A stretch of 64,000 nt of DNA from a bacterium (GCA_022825065.1 JAJDYR010000022.1:97021-161020); one strand, 5' to 3'; positions 1 through 10,514 are shown, numbered from the stretch's first letter. Program-made: numbers and translations. The notes: generated by a model not told the origin, from the sequence alone.

Positions 1-1481
1 CTTTTGAGCAGGGTCAAGCTCGCGCGCAGCGTCAGGACGCGGCCATCAATCATGATCTCCACTTGCTCCGAAGCGCTCTGGTGTTTTCGATCCCTCATTG
101 AACGCATCAGATGACGGACGGGTTCGAGATGCGCGCTTTCGAAAACCTCGCTGAACATTCGACCCACGGCATCTTGAGGCTCAATGCTCAGCAACTCCCC
201 GGCCGCTTTGTTGAGAATGGTAACGCGACCCCGGCGACTGATTGATATCACACCAGCTCCGATATTTTCGAGCATCGCTTCCATATACCTGCGTCTTCTG
301 TCGATTTCCAGGTTGGAACGGCTCAAGATTTCAGAGGATTCTTCGATTTTTTCCTTGTTGGCCAACAACTCTTCCGTCATGCTGTTGAATGCGTTGACCA
401 GAATCCCCACTTCCCCATCTGCCTGCGCATCCACGCGATGTTCGAGGTCGCCATCCGACACCGCCCTTGTGGCTTCCGCCAATTTCTCGATGGGAACCGT
501 AATCCCGCGCGCAAGGTAGAAGCCGAACCATATGGCCGCAAAGAGAATCAGCAAAGTGACCACCAAAAAGGTGATGATGTAGTTTGCCTTGATTGGATCC
601 TTGGACAGTTCCAACTCCTTGTAATTCACGAAGGAGTCCGATATGCCCTTGATCTTCTCTACAAGTCGATCCGGCACATATCTGGATACGACGACAAATC
701 CCACCACTTTTTTTTCTGCCTTCAAAGGCGCCACGCCATAGATGACATCGCCTTTTTCCCAGTTCTCTATACTTGAGCGCGACCCCCCATCAATCACCTG
801 ATCCACGTATCCCACCAGTGGCGAGAATGTTGCGGCCCGTTCCAACCCCGGACGTTTGACCGATACGATCTCTTTTCGGTCTCTATCATAGAGTTGGATG
901 AAGTCCGCCCCTAAGCTCTTTCTCTCGGATTCCAGTTCTTTTCCAATCGCCTCAGGGTTCGCCAATATGTCGGAGTGCGACTTCTCCAACACAAGCGCCA
1001 GTCTGCTCGCGCTGAACAGCGCGTTTCGCTCCACGTCCCGATAATACGTTTGAGCCACCTCGAGCGACCCTTTGAGCGCTCGCTCCACATTCATGCTGAA
1101 CATGGCGTTAAAACTCTGGTTTATCAAGCCGCTGGCCACCACAAAAAGAGCCACTACAGGGATGAGCGTGAATCCCACAAAAGCCAACACAAGCTTTAAT
1201 TGCAAGCGTGAACGGCCGGCGCCCGTTCTCCCCTCATAATAAAGACGCACCAGGTGCTTTGCCACCAAAAGAAGAACCACCATGAGCAGAATGATGCTCA
1301 GGTTCACAAGCGCAAATACAACGACGTTGTTGAGCAGGGGGACTCCCGGTTCAAGCTCCTTGAAGTAAATCCAGGCCGTGAACGAAAGAGTCGCAATGAC
1401 GATCAAGGCGATGAAAGAGCGCAGAAGCGTTCTTCGTCGACGGGAAGAGATTTCCAGGTTTTTCAGTCGCTTTGGATACAA
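1..1481 (-). CDS. Sensor histidine kinase, NtrY-like (N-terminal ~493 aa only; the C-terminal HisKA/ATPase part lies beyond the window start). An uninterrupted minus-strand frame shows 4 N-terminal TM helices, a periplasmic domain, a TM helix, a HAMP domain and a PAS domain. The ORF track missed it because no stop is in view. Putative TTG start at 1479-1481, 3 nt after the DUF4390 stop.
   Basis: HAMP segment '...PIEKLAEATRAVSDGDLEHRVDAQADGEVGILVNAFNSMTEELLANKEKIEE...'. PAS segment '...RRRRYMEAMLENIGAGVISISRRGRVTILNKAAGELLSIEPQDAVGRMFSEVFESAHLEPVRHLMRSM...'. No stop codons from 1481 down to 1. Confidence 0.55.
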   Translation of the reverse strand, partial: MYPKRLKNLEISSRRRRTLLRSFIALIVIATLSFTAWIYFKELEPGVPLLNNVVVFALVNLSIILLMVVLLLVAKHLVRLYYEGRTGAGRSRLQLKLVLAFVGFTLIPVVALFVVASGLINQSFNAMFSMNVERALKGSLEVAQTYYRDVERNALFSASRLALVLEKSHSDILANPEAIGKELESERKSLGADFIQLYDRDRKEIVSVKRPGLERAATFSPLVGYVDQVIDGGSRSSIENWEKGDVIYGVAPLKAEKKVVGFVVVSRYVPDRLVEKIKGISDSFVNYKELELSKDPIKANYIITFLVVTLLILFAAIWFGFYLARGITVPIEKLAEATRAVSDGDLEHRVDAQADGEVGILVNAFNSMTEELLANKEKIEESSEILSRSNLEIDRRRRYMEAMLENIGAGVISISRRGRVTILNKAAGELLSIEPQDAVGRMFSEVFESAHLEPVRHLMRSMRDRKHQSASEQVEIMIDGRVLTLRASLTLLK

Positions 1482-1484
1482 AAT

Positions 1485-2090
1485 TCACATTCCTTTAGAG
1501 CTGAAAGTCCGGGAATAGCTCCAATCAGAATTCTTACCCCAAAAAGCGAGCAAGTAATTAAAGGGAAAAACAAAATCCACCTGATTCAATCGCGCCCTGA
1601 TTTTGACATAATATCGACCATTGAGGGACAGGGCCTCGCCGGAGAGAATGGGTGTACCATTCAACTCACGCATCCAGTCCATCATTTCGCCCTGGCTTTT
1701 CGTCACTTTTCTTTCAATGTCTTTCGCACCTTCTTTGAGATGAAAGGTGTATGTTTTTTTCAAGGCGCTATATTTCACCTGATGATGCAATTGCCGCGCA
1801 GAGACTTCCAGATCATAGATTAGCTTGCGAGAGCGAAGAAGACTTACATCAAAGATAAACTTCGTGGTCACACCGCTATGGATGGCTTCCAGGAGTTTTG
1901 GCGAAAACGCGCCCAAAAGAGAACCAAAAACGAGCAACTCCCCCTTCTTTTCAACAACGACGATATCCCGTATTCGAATTCCGCCCTGGTCATCCGTCGC
2001 GGATAGCGCCGGCCCCGCCAGAAAGAAGAGCACGCAAATGGCTATGCTTAGTTTTCTCAGAACAAATGTTTTCTGGAAGTTAGACAACAT
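1485..2090 (-). CDS. DUF4390-family periplasmic protein with an N-terminal signal peptide. Start chosen at internal ATG 2090, preceded by GGAGAA.
   Basis: Signal peptide 'MLSNFQKTFVLRKLSIAICVLFFLAGPALSA'. This family classically sits upstream of ntrY, and ntrY is immediately downstream here. Confidence 0.5.
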   Translation of the reverse strand: MLSNFQKTFVLRKLSIAICVLFFLAGPALSATDDQGGIRIRDIVVVEKKGELLVFGSLLGAFSPKLLEAIHSGVTTKFIFDVSLLRSRKLIYDLEVSARQLHHQVKYSALKKTYTFHLKEGAKDIERKVTKSQGEMMDWMRELNGTPILSGEALSLNGRYYVKIRARLNQVDFVFPFNYLLAFWGKNSDWSYSRTFSSKGM

Positions 2091-2207
2091 ATGTTCTCCT
2101 TGGCCCTTAAGTTCAATGCTACCGCATACAACAAAAGCTCTCAATCCCTTGTTTGGCCTCTCTGCCCTCAAGGCTTCATAAAACACATCCGGATGGCGCG
2201 CCGTCGT

Positions 2208-4904
2208 CTACGTCCATTTTTTTTCCTGCTCAACGTTTTCCATGCTCTTTCTGAGCTCATACAGGGTTTCGAGAGCCTGACGGGGGGTAATGGAATCCAG
2301 GTCCAGGCCTTTCAACACCTCCTCGACTTGCGATTCCGCACGTGAAAACAACGGCAGTTGCCCGTTTTCCCGGCGATTTTCCAGAAAAGATTCTTGTCCT
2401 CCGGAGCACGACACGGCCTCCGTACTCTCGAACCTGGAGAGCAAAACCTTCGCCCGGTCGATAACCTCTTCCGGAAGTCCCGCCAACCTGCCTACATGAA
2501 TGCCGTAGCTTCTGTCGCAACTGCCATCGGTTACTTTTCGCAAAAAAACGATCTCATCACCCCATTCCCGGACTTCGACCGTCAAGTTTTTCACACAGGC
2601 GAGTTCTTTCGAGAGTTCGGCCAACTCATGATAATGGGTTGCGAACAAGGTCCTCGCCCTGTGGCGGACCTCGTTATGCAGATACTCTACGATTGACCAG
2701 GCGATGCTCACGCCATCGTACGTACTTGTGCCTCGCCCGACTTCGTCCAGCACGATGAAACTCCGCTGCGTCGACTCTCTCAATATGGTGGCCGTCTCCA
2801 CCATCTCGACCATGAAGGTGCTTTGCCCCTCCATCAGTCGATCATGCGCGCCGACGCGAGTGAACACCCTGTCAACCAAACCGATTTCCGCACTCCTGGC
2901 GGGTACGAAGCTGCCGATTTGCGCCATCAGAATGATGAGCGCCGATTGACGCAGATACGTGGATTTCCCGGCCATGTTCGGCCCTGTAACGATAAGTATT
3001 CGGCGGTCATCGCGAATCGATAAATCGTTCGGCACGAAAGAGAGGCCAGGATTCTCCGCCTCCATGACGGGATGCCTGCCCTCGATGATTTCAAGATTCG
3101 TGGAATCCGTAATTCGGGGCCTTACGTATCCATTTTTGCGCGCGACGAGCGCCAGGGACAGAACAGCGTCAAGAATCGCTATCCTCTCCGCGGCGGCGAG
3201 TACGCGCCTGGCCTGTTGAGATATTTGCGTTCGCAAGCGCCCGAAGAGCATGAACTCGAGATGATGGGCTTTCTCCTCGGCTCCAAGGATGTCCTCTTCC
3301 ATCTTCTTTAACTCGGAAGTGATATAGCGCTCTGCAGAAACCAAAGTCTGCTTGCGCGTATATTCTGTCGGCACCTGCTCGCTGAAGCGTTTGGCAATTT
3401 CGAGATAATACCCAAAAACACGATTAAACCCGATTTTCAAAGGCAGGCCCGTTCGCTGCTTTTCCTTGCTTTCATAATTTTTGAGCCAGGTATCGCCCTC
3501 TTGCTGCGCCCTTCTCAATTTCGAGAGTTCCTGATCGTGCGCAGCGCGAAACATTCCTCCTTCGCGAATCGAAACAGGCGGCTCGTCCACAATCGCGTTC
3601 TTCAGTTCCAACGCCACGTCCTCGAGAGAATCCCACCCCGACAAGACGGTACGAAACAACCCGGAATCCGCCTCCTTTATTGCCTCACAAACCTCCGGCA
3701 ACATTCCCAGGGAAGCGCCGAGCCCCGCCAGGTCCCGGGCGTTTGCAGTTTGAGAACCCACGCGACCCAGGAGCCTTTCGATATCCTGAATGGGTTCAAG
3801 GGCATTTTTGAGCATATTCAGGGTTTCGGGCTTATCCACGAGTTCCTGTACCGATTCGGCGCGATAATCGATGGCTTTTTTTTCAATCAAAGGTGAAAGG
3901 ACCCATTTCTTCAGCAGGCGTCCTCCCATGCCTGTCTGCGTCTCATCCAGCAAGCCAAGCAAAGTGCCTTTCTTCCCACGGTCCACAGCCGAGCGAGTGA
4001 GTTCCAGATTTCGTAACGTGGCGGCATCGAGAATCATGGTGTCAGAGAGCCGGGAGAAAAACACGGGTTTGATGTGGGGGAAATCACCAGGCTGGTTTTC
4101 CTTGAGATACGCCAAAACACCTACCGCGGCGTTCACCGCCGCCGGATTCGCCAGAACGTCTGCTTCATCCGGAAAGACGGCGTCCAGGCTTTTGAAATCT
4201 AGCGGCTCATCGAAGGTGGCGGCCGGTCTTTTCTCAACATGAACATTCAGTTCACCGATTTTGCTTTTCAACTCATCAGGCGGAGAAAAACCATCCGGCA
4301 AGATGACTTCACGAGGAGAGAGCCTCTCCAACTGGTTGCAAACAAGCGTCTCGGCGGCATCGCCTTCCACCTGTGTCGCGCAAAACTCACCGGTCGAGCT
4401 ATCGAGCCATGCCATTCCCCAAAGCGTCTTTCCTTCTCCGGCCGACAGGGTGATCCCCGTCAGGTATTGAGATTCCTTGCTGTCCAGTAACTCGAGGTCG
4501 GCAATCGAGGTGCCCGGAGTGAGGACGCGGGTCACTTCGCGCCTCACAACTCCTCTGCTTTCTCCCGCATCTTCCACTTGCTCGCATATGGCGACTTTAT
4601 AACCCGCCTCCAGCAATCGCCCGCAATAGGAGGATGCCGAATGACAAGGCACGCCACACATCGGGATAGGCCCCTTGTCGTCACTCTGGCGCGACGTCAG
4701 CGTGAGTTCCAGCACTTTCGCCCCGAGTTTCGCGTCCTCATAAAACATCTCGAAAAAATCACCCAGCTGAAAAAACAGCATCGCGTCCGGATAGCGTCTT
4801 TTCATTTCCAGGTATTGGCGCATCGCAGGTGATGGACCACGCCCTTTATTGCCCGATGTTTTTTTGGCTTTCCTGGGGTGCAGAGCGCTTTTGGGGGGAG
4901 GCAT
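2208..4904 (-). CDS. mutS: DNA mismatch repair protein MutS
   Basis: N-terminal 'TPAMRQYLEMKRRYPDAMLFFQLGDFFEMFYEDA', Walker A 'GPNMAGKSTYLRQ', 'ATHYHELA'. 898 aa. Confidence 0.9.
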   Translation of the reverse strand: MPPPKSALHPRKAKKTSGNKGRGPSPAMRQYLEMKRRYPDAMLFFQLGDFFEMFYEDAKLGAKVLELTLTSRQSDDKGPIPMCGVPCHSASSYCGRLLEAGYKVAICEQVEDAGESRGVVRREVTRVLTPGTSIADLELLDSKESQYLTGITLSAGEGKTLWGMAWLDSSTGEFCATQVEGDAAETLVCNQLERLSPREVILPDGFSPPDELKSKIGELNVHVEKRPAATFDEPLDFKSLDAVFPDEADVLANPAAVNAAVGVLAYLKENQPGDFPHIKPVFFSRLSDTMILDAATLRNLELTRSAVDRGKKGTLLGLLDETQTGMGGRLLKKWVLSPLIEKKAIDYRAESVQELVDKPETLNMLKNALEPIQDIERLLGRVGSQTANARDLAGLGASLGMLPEVCEAIKEADSGLFRTVLSGWDSLEDVALELKNAIVDEPPVSIREGGMFRAAHDQELSKLRRAQQEGDTWLKNYESKEKQRTGLPLKIGFNRVFGYYLEIAKRFSEQVPTEYTRKQTLVSAERYITSELKKMEEDILGAEEKAHHLEFMLFGRLRTQISQQARRVLAAAERIAILDAVLSLALVARKNGYVRPRITDSTNLEIIEGRHPVMEAENPGLSFVPNDLSIRDDRRILIVTGPNMAGKSTYLRQSALIILMAQIGSFVPARSAEIGLVDRVFTRVGAHDRLMEGQSTFMVEMVETATILRESTQRSFIVLDEVGRGTSTYDGVSIAWSIVEYLHNEVRHRARTLFATHYHELAELSKELACVKNLTVEVREWGDEIVFLRKVTDGSCDRSYGIHVGRLAGLPEEVIDRAKVLLSRFESTEAVSCSGGQESFLENRRENGQLPLFSRAESQVEEVLKGLDLDSITPRQALETLYELRKSMENVEQEKKWT

Positions 4905-4906
4905 AC

Positions 4907-5305
4907 TTACTCTGCCTTCGATTCACGGGGGGACAGGCTCATCCGGGACTTGGGATCGGATTGCGAGGCAAGTTCATTCCGTGCAGTTCTGGATTCTTCG
5001 GTTGCGGGATTTCCCATGGGGAGGAGCTTGCCGCTTTGCTCCCGCGCCTCATCCAGATTACTCTCCAGCGACTTGACTTCCCGCTTCAATTTTCCGATTT
5101 GGGTCCTGAACTTCAACCTGTCGAATGCACCGCCAAGCCATGCCACCATGAACCCGCATGCAAACACGGCCAACAGAACATAAAAAAGAGGCAAGTTGAT
5201 GCTGCCTTGATAATAGGCAACAGTCACCGGCTTCATGTTGATGACACCGAAGCTGACAATCGCCAATGACAGGATCAAACCGATGATGAGTCGAAGGCTG
5301 CCCAT
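4907..5305 (-). CDS. LapA-family inner-membrane protein (DUF1049; LPS assembly protein A-like). Two N-terminal TM helices plus a C-terminal coiled coil.
   Basis: 'MGSLRLIIGLILSLAIVSFGVINMKPVTVAYYQGSINLPLFYVLLAVFACGFMVAWLGG' followed by 'KLKREVKSLESNLDEAREQ'. Confidence 0.5.
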   Translation of the reverse strand: MGSLRLIIGLILSLAIVSFGVINMKPVTVAYYQGSINLPLFYVLLAVFACGFMVAWLGGAFDRLKFRTQIGKLKREVKSLESNLDEAREQSGKLLPMGNPATEESRTARNELASQSDPKSRMSLSPRESKAE

Positions 5306-5498
5306 ATCACCACCAAGTCCAACGGGTTTTAGATTTCAAAATCAGGGCGGAATTGATTATAGGTCGTCTTTAAATCCTCGGGAATCAACCGCATGCCGCC
5401 GGGGACAGGAATCAGACGATGCCCCCTTCCCGATGAGGCACAGTGTGCTTATGAAAAAGGCCGGTTGTTCCTGCGGGCGTCACTCCCGATCTTACCAC

Positions 5499-5978
5499 TC
5501 AAGAATTTCCCGGTGTTTGTCGAGACAGCCACTCCCCCTCAAGCAGACAGGCTATCCTTTTCTCTTCCTGACGCATGCGCGCGGATTCCGATTTCGTGTA
5601 ATGATCATATCCCTTGAGATGTAAAAGGCCATGCACGAGCAGACGATCCGCCAGGACGCCGTAATCAACCGACTCCATTTGCGCCTGGCGAAGCACTTCA
5701 TCCACGCAGATGACCACTTCTCCCAAAAATGTCTCCCTCTCTTTTTGCTCACCCGGCGCCGGAAAGGAATCCGCCGGCGGAAAAGCCAGCACGTCCGTTG
5801 TTTCGTCCTCTCCCCGATACCGGGAATTCAACGCCCGCATCCTCTCGTCTCGAATGAACGCGATGCTGAACTGATCATCTTCGGACCGGAGAACCCTCCG
5901 TATGACCTCCAAGCGTTGCCTCAGCGCCTTGTGATCCAGCGTGAACAGCTTTTGCTCGTTTTTGACGAGGACTTCCAT
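5499..5978 (-). CDS. ybeY: Endoribonuclease YbeY (rRNA maturation factor)
   Basis: Zn-binding motif 'HGLLHLKGYDH', 'TDVLAFP'. 159 aa. Overlaps the upstream 7TM-HD ORF by 104 bp. Confidence 0.85.
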   Translation of the reverse strand: MEVLVKNEQKLFTLDHKALRQRLEVIRRVLRSEDDQFSIAFIRDERMRALNSRYRGEDETTDVLAFPPADSFPAPGEQKERETFLGEVVICVDEVLRQAQMESVDYGVLADRLLVHGLLHLKGYDHYTKSESARMRQEEKRIACLLEGEWLSRQTPGNS

Positions 5979-8361
5979 TCGCAGCCCCTTTCCTGGGAGC
6001 GTCTTCTTGTCCTGGATAGTGAATCCGGTGATGATGAATGCCGACCAGAACGCGCATGAACGCGTCCTGAATGTTGCTCAAATCCCTGAACGTGAGGCTG
6101 CAATTATCCAATTGCCCCTCCATGAATGCACTCTGGACGATTCTGTCCACCAGGGCGCTGAGGCGCCCGAGAGAATGATCCGAAAGCGAATGCGACGATG
6201 CCTCCACCATATCCGCCAACATCAGGATGCCCGCCTCCCTCGTCTGCGGCCTCGGCCCTGGATAGCGGAAAAATTCCTCTGTGACGTCATCTCCATTCAG
6301 CGTCTTCGCTTTTTCGTAAAAAAATCGAATCAAGGATGTACCATGATGTTGCTGGATTAAATCGATGATCTCTTTGGGCAGTTTATGGCTTTTGGCAAGT
6401 TCGACTCCCTCTTTTACATGGCTGATCAGGATGAGCGCGCTCATATTGGGCTTGAGTCTATCGTGGCGGTTTTCCCGCTTCTGGTTTTCAATGAAATATT
6501 CCGGCTTCATCATCTTGCCGATATCGTGAAAATAAGCACCCACGCGCGTGAGAAGCGGATTCGCGCCGATTGCCTCGGACGCCTCCTCCGCCAGGTTGCC
6601 GACGAGAAGACTGTGGTGGTAGGTGCCCGGCGCGCTGACGACCATCTTTCTCAGCAGCGGGTGGTTCTGGTCGGCCAACTCCAAAAGACGCATATCGGTC
6701 GTGAGCTTGAAAACCGACTCGAGCAGGGGCATGGCGCCCGCCACGATGATGACGTTCGAAAGGCCGCCGAGCAGCGCGATGGGAATATCCGTCCACTGCG
6801 TAATCGCGGCGCGGAAACCCTCCTGCACATTGAAGCCCAGAGCGAGCGCGGCGCCCAACAAGCCCAGGATCAGCGCCACGATGAGCACGGAAGTTCTGCG
6901 CCGGTATTCTTTCCAGCGAATGGCCGCCAGCACGCCGCCGCTTAGGGCGACAAGGCTCAAGTTGATGTGATTCGGCAAAATCAGTCCGGTTAAAACAGCG
7001 GAGAAAACCGCCATCAACACCGCGGCTGAGCGTCCCTGCAAAACGGCTGCAAGAAGAGAAGCGGAACAAAATGGAATCACATAGTAAAACGAGTGGAGCG
7101 GGATTCCCCTGAAAGTTTCATGCAACACTTCCGAGAAGAGAATGCCCAGTTTCAGCAATACCGCCTGGCTCAAAAGCAGTATGACGAAAAGCGTCACGTT
7201 TTTTTGCGACGATAAAAAGCTCACGTCGTATTTCTGCACACAAATCCATGCCAGGACGAGCAAAATGAAAATCACCAACCCGGTTCCGGTGAAGTTGCCG
7301 ACCACATGGCTTTGCCGGTAGATTTTCTGCAGACTCTTGAGTTTTACGATTTGTCCTTCACTCAGCCGTTCTCCCTCGCGAACGATCATCTCCCCTTGCT
7401 TGAGAACCTCGGAAACCGGCGGGACGGAGGCTGCGGCCTTTTCTCTGCTCTCGAGCGTCGCCCTGTTGTTGAACGTCAACGTCGGCTGAACCATCTTCAA
7501 GACCTGGGAGACTAGAAGATCGCTAACGCTCCGAGGGATCCTGAGGGACATCTTCTGAATTTCCCGCTTGAGCAATTCATCGACCTGCCTGAGTTCCAGG
7601 GGATTCATCGATGGGCTGACGGAGACCCGATTCCCCGTTCTGATGTCACGCGCCGTAATCCCCTTCGCCGCGTGGGTGGCGTACAATCGCTTATCACTCA
7701 CAATCTGGCGCGAATACGCCACGTTCAAGAGTTTGGCGATATCCTCCCGGATCGGGTTTGCGAATCTCTCCTCTCTCAACCAATTCGACAATTTCTTCGG
7801 GACAGCGCCACCCACCAGCTTGTGAAACGCACTCTCCGCCTTTATGAAGGCAGGCGTAGCGTACAATTCCCGATATGCTTCCGACTCGGATAAAAGTGAC
7901 GGGTTCTTCTGTTTGGCGCGTATGCTCAACTGCTCGGCTTTCACCTTCTCGAGCTCTTTGTCCACCGTCCGTTGAATGGATTCAAAAGCGCCATTCAATT
8001 TGGTATGGACAACTTTTGAAACTTGCGTATCGATATCGTAACGCGGCAAGACTTTTTCTCTGGCCGCCTGGCGCTTCGCATTCGTAGCGATGGGGTCGAC
8101 CACGCGCATATCCTGAGGGGCTTTGATGTCCCTGGGGACGACATCGCCCACTTCAAAAGACACGCGGGGCGCCGAAAGGTCGGTTGTCAGCAGGAACGAG
8201 AGCACAACGGCGAGCGTTCCACCCAGAATCCACGGGTAAGCCCTTGTGTTGGCAAACGCCAAAACATAACCCGCGAACAACCGTCCCAGCGACACAAATA
8301 GTCGCAAAAAGAAGTTTTTGGGTTTCCCGGCAGCTTTTCCGACGCCGGCTCGATGAATCAC
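5875..8361 (-). CDS. 7TM-receptor/HD-hydrolase family membrane protein (PgpH/YqfF-like, possible c-di-AMP phosphodiesterase)
   Basis: Multi-TM central region plus HD domain 'AYFHDIGKMMKPEYFIENQ...LISHVKEGVELAKSHKLPKEIIDLIQQHHGTSLI'. phoH-pgpH-ybeY gene order. Confidence 0.8.
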   Translation of the reverse strand: MIHRAGVGKAAGKPKNFFLRLFVSLGRLFAGYVLAFANTRAYPWILGGTLAVVLSFLLTTDLSAPRVSFEVGDVVPRDIKAPQDMRVVDPIATNAKRQAAREKVLPRYDIDTQVSKVVHTKLNGAFESIQRTVDKELEKVKAEQLSIRAKQKNPSLLSESEAYRELYATPAFIKAESAFHKLVGGAVPKKLSNWLREERFANPIREDIAKLLNVAYSRQIVSDKRLYATHAAKGITARDIRTGNRVSVSPSMNPLELRQVDELLKREIQKMSLRIPRSVSDLLVSQVLKMVQPTLTFNNRATLESREKAAASVPPVSEVLKQGEMIVREGERLSEGQIVKLKSLQKIYRQSHVVGNFTGTGLVIFILLVLAWICVQKYDVSFLSSQKNVTLFVILLLSQAVLLKLGILFSEVLHETFRGIPLHSFYYVIPFCSASLLAAVLQGRSAAVLMAVFSAVLTGLILPNHINLSLVALSGGVLAAIRWKEYRRRTSVLIVALILGLLGAALALGFNVQEGFRAAITQWTDIPIALLGGLSNVIIVAGAMPLLESVFKLTTDMRLLELADQNHPLLRKMVVSAPGTYHHSLLVGNLAEEASEAIGANPLLTRVGAYFHDIGKMMKPEYFIENQKRENRHDRLKPNMSALILISHVKEGVELAKSHKLPKEIIDLIQQHHGTSLIRFFYEKAKTLNGDDVTEEFFRYPGPRPQTREAGILMLADMVEASSHSLSDHSLGRLSALVDRIVQSAFMEGQLDNCSLTFRDLSNIQDAFMRVLVGIHHHRIHYPGQEDAPRKGAANGSPRQKRAKAVHAGSQGAEATLGGHTEGSPVRR

Positions 8362-8458
8362 GCGACCAACCTCCAGAATCCTTCACGATGAAGGGATCGT
8401 GGACGTATCGGCTATATGTGAACGCCCGGGCAATGCGAGTGCTCTCGAGAGAACTCGC

Positions 8459-9415
8459 TTATAAACTGTGGGCCTCGTATGCAGAAACGATTCTTCTCAC
8501 CAATTGCGTGCGAACTACGTCCCGTTCACTGAAATAGACGAAACAGACTTCTTCCAACTTCCCCAAGACGTCTCGAGCGTGAATCAACCCGCACCCGGAA
8601 GTTTCGGGCAAGTCGATCTGCGTAATGTCCCCCGTTACGACCGCCTTGCTCCTGGTGCCAAGGCGGGTGAGGAACATTTTCATCTGTTCAGGCGTCGTGT
8701 TCTGCGCTTCATCCAGAATGATGAAAGAATCATTCAGCGAACGACCCCTCATATATGCGAGCGGCGCTATCTCTATCTCACCTCTTTGTATAAACCGCTC
8801 CACCCGCTCGAATTCCACCATATCGTTCAGAGCGTCAAACAACGGCCTGAGATATGGATTCACCTTCTCCTGCAAATCACCAGGCAAAAATCCGAGCTTC
8901 TCGCCCGCTTCCACAACCGGCCTCGTCAACACGATGCGGGCATACGCCTTCTCCAACAACCCGGAAACCGCCATCGCCATGGCCAGATAGGTTTTCCCCG
9001 TTCCGGCCGGTCCGATTCCGAATGTTACCCCTTTTTCGCGAATCGACCTGATGTAATCGCTCTGGACCGGGCCCTTGGGAACGACGTATCGCTTCTTCGA
9101 TGAAACCGATATCCGATTCGCCACCAGGGAGCGGAGCGTAACGTCCTGTTCCGCCGCCACGGTCTGAGCCAGCGTCTTGACGTTCAGCGGATCGAACCGA
9201 AACCCTTCGTCCACGCACTCCGTCAACTCGTCCAGGAACAGCCGGGCCTTTTCGGCGGCATCGGGCGGGCCTTCAACCACGAACCCCTCGGATACGATTC
9301 TGATTTTTACGTCAAACGCCCTCTCCAATGCCTTGAGAGATTCATCCCGGTTACCAATGATGTGAACCAACCTGTCCGGCCCGGCCAGCGGGCTTGCTGA
9401 CATCCTCGTCGCCAA
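8459..9415 (-). CDS. PhoH-like ATPase (YbeZ family)
   Basis: 'GPAGTGKTYLAMAMAV', 'VVTGDITQIDLP'. 318 aa. Confidence 0.85.
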   Translation of the reverse strand: MATRMSASPLAGPDRLVHIIGNRDESLKALERAFDVKIRIVSEGFVVEGPPDAAEKARLFLDELTECVDEGFRFDPLNVKTLAQTVAAEQDVTLRSLVANRISVSSKKRYVVPKGPVQSDYIRSIREKGVTFGIGPAGTGKTYLAMAMAVSGLLEKAYARIVLTRPVVEAGEKLGFLPGDLQEKVNPYLRPLFDALNDMVEFERVERFIQRGEIEIAPLAYMRGRSLNDSFIILDEAQNTTPEQMKMFLTRLGTRSKAVVTGDITQIDLPETSGCGLIHARDVLGKLEEVCFVYFSERDVVRTQLVRRIVSAYEAHSL

Positions 9416-9543
9416 AAGATCAGGCTCCCCGTATCTGTATGTCTCGGCTGTCTAGAATCGAATTCCCATGCGCCACCGGATCGTATGCTCTATCATTTTG
9501 GGCGTCAACACGATAACGCCATTATCGTTTCGTTTTTTATTCT

Positions 9544-10497
9544 CTACCCCCTCGGGTGGCTCTTGTCCAAAAGCCCCCGCAGTTTTTGCCTGTCCACATG
9601 CGTGTAAACCTCGGTGGTGGATATATCCGAATGCCCGAGCATCGCCTGGACGGCCCGCAGGTCGGCCCCGTGGCTGAGCAGATGAGTCGCAAAGCTGTGC
9701 CGGAATACATGGGGGCTCACGTTCTTGCCCACGCCCGCTTCTTTTGCCCACCTCTTGACCCTCGCCCAGAAAGCCTGGCGGGTCATGGGCCCTCCCCGGC
9801 TCGTGAGAAATACATAGTCCGACCTCCGGGCGCGAAGAAGACTCAGCCGGGCGGTATCCAGATAATCCGCAAGCATTTCTTTCGCCGCATCCCCTATGGG
9901 AACAAGCCGGGATTTATCTCCTTTGCCGTGGACGATGCAAAATCCCGATTCAAGTTCAATCTGGTTAAGCTGGAGCCGAATGATCTCGCTGACGCGCATG
10001 CCGGTGGCGTACAAAAGCTCGAACATGGCCCTGTCCCGAACCGCCTGCGGCGTTTTGTCGTCGGGCGCCAGCAAAATCCTGGACATGTCTTCCTGAGAGA
10101 GCGTCTTGGGTAAACGCTTCCACTTCGAAGGCTGCACGATGTCCGCCGTAAAATCCTCCTTTATCTCTCCGTCGCGGACCAGCAGCCTGGCCAGCGCGCG
10201 AATGGACGCCAGGTGCCGCCGGAGCGTGGTATCTGATTTCCCCTTCTCCCGCATGTCCTTGAGATAATCGATAACGGTGTTTTTCGACCAATTCGCCGGT
10301 GAAACGTCCTCGTTTTCCTGCAGCCAGCAGAAAAACGATTCGATGTCACGCCCATAACTCTCCACGGTATTTATCGCACGGCGACGCTCGATCAGGAGAA
10401 AATCCCTGAAAGTCCTCAAGGTATCGGCCAAGCGGGCATCCAGCGATACGCCATGATTTTTCTCATGATCTTCGGTCGAAACTTTCTCTTTCGTCAT
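9544..10497 (-). CDS. Tyrosine recombinase XerC/XerD family. Start placed at internal Met 'MTKEK'. The ORF as tracked would extend to 10557 and overlap murJ.
   Basis: 'HVFRHSFATHLLSHGADLRAVQAMLGHSDISTTEVYTHV'. Confidence 0.75.
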   Translation of the reverse strand: MTKEKVSTEDHEKNHGVSLDARLADTLRTFRDFLLIERRRAINTVESYGRDIESFFCWLQENEDVSPANWSKNTVIDYLKDMREKGKSDTTLRRHLASIRALARLLVRDGEIKEDFTADIVQPSKWKRLPKTLSQEDMSRILLAPDDKTPQAVRDRAMFELLYATGMRVSEIIRLQLNQIELESGFCIVHGKGDKSRLVPIGDAAKEMLADYLDTARLSLLRARRSDYVFLTSRGGPMTRQAFWARVKRWAKEAGVGKNVSPHVFRHSFATHLLSHGADLRAVQAMLGHSDISTTEVYTHVDRQKLRGLLDKSHPRG

Positions 10498-10514
10498 CGT
10501 CCGAACCTCATTGC

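Noticed and set aside
1-1480. Plus-strand ORFs 184-519, 438-776, 975-1199 and 1254-1823 at the window start
   Set aside because: They lie opposite an uninterrupted minus-strand frame encoding recognisable HAMP and PAS domains of a sensor kinase whose stop is outside the window. The ORF tracker simply could not report the real gene.
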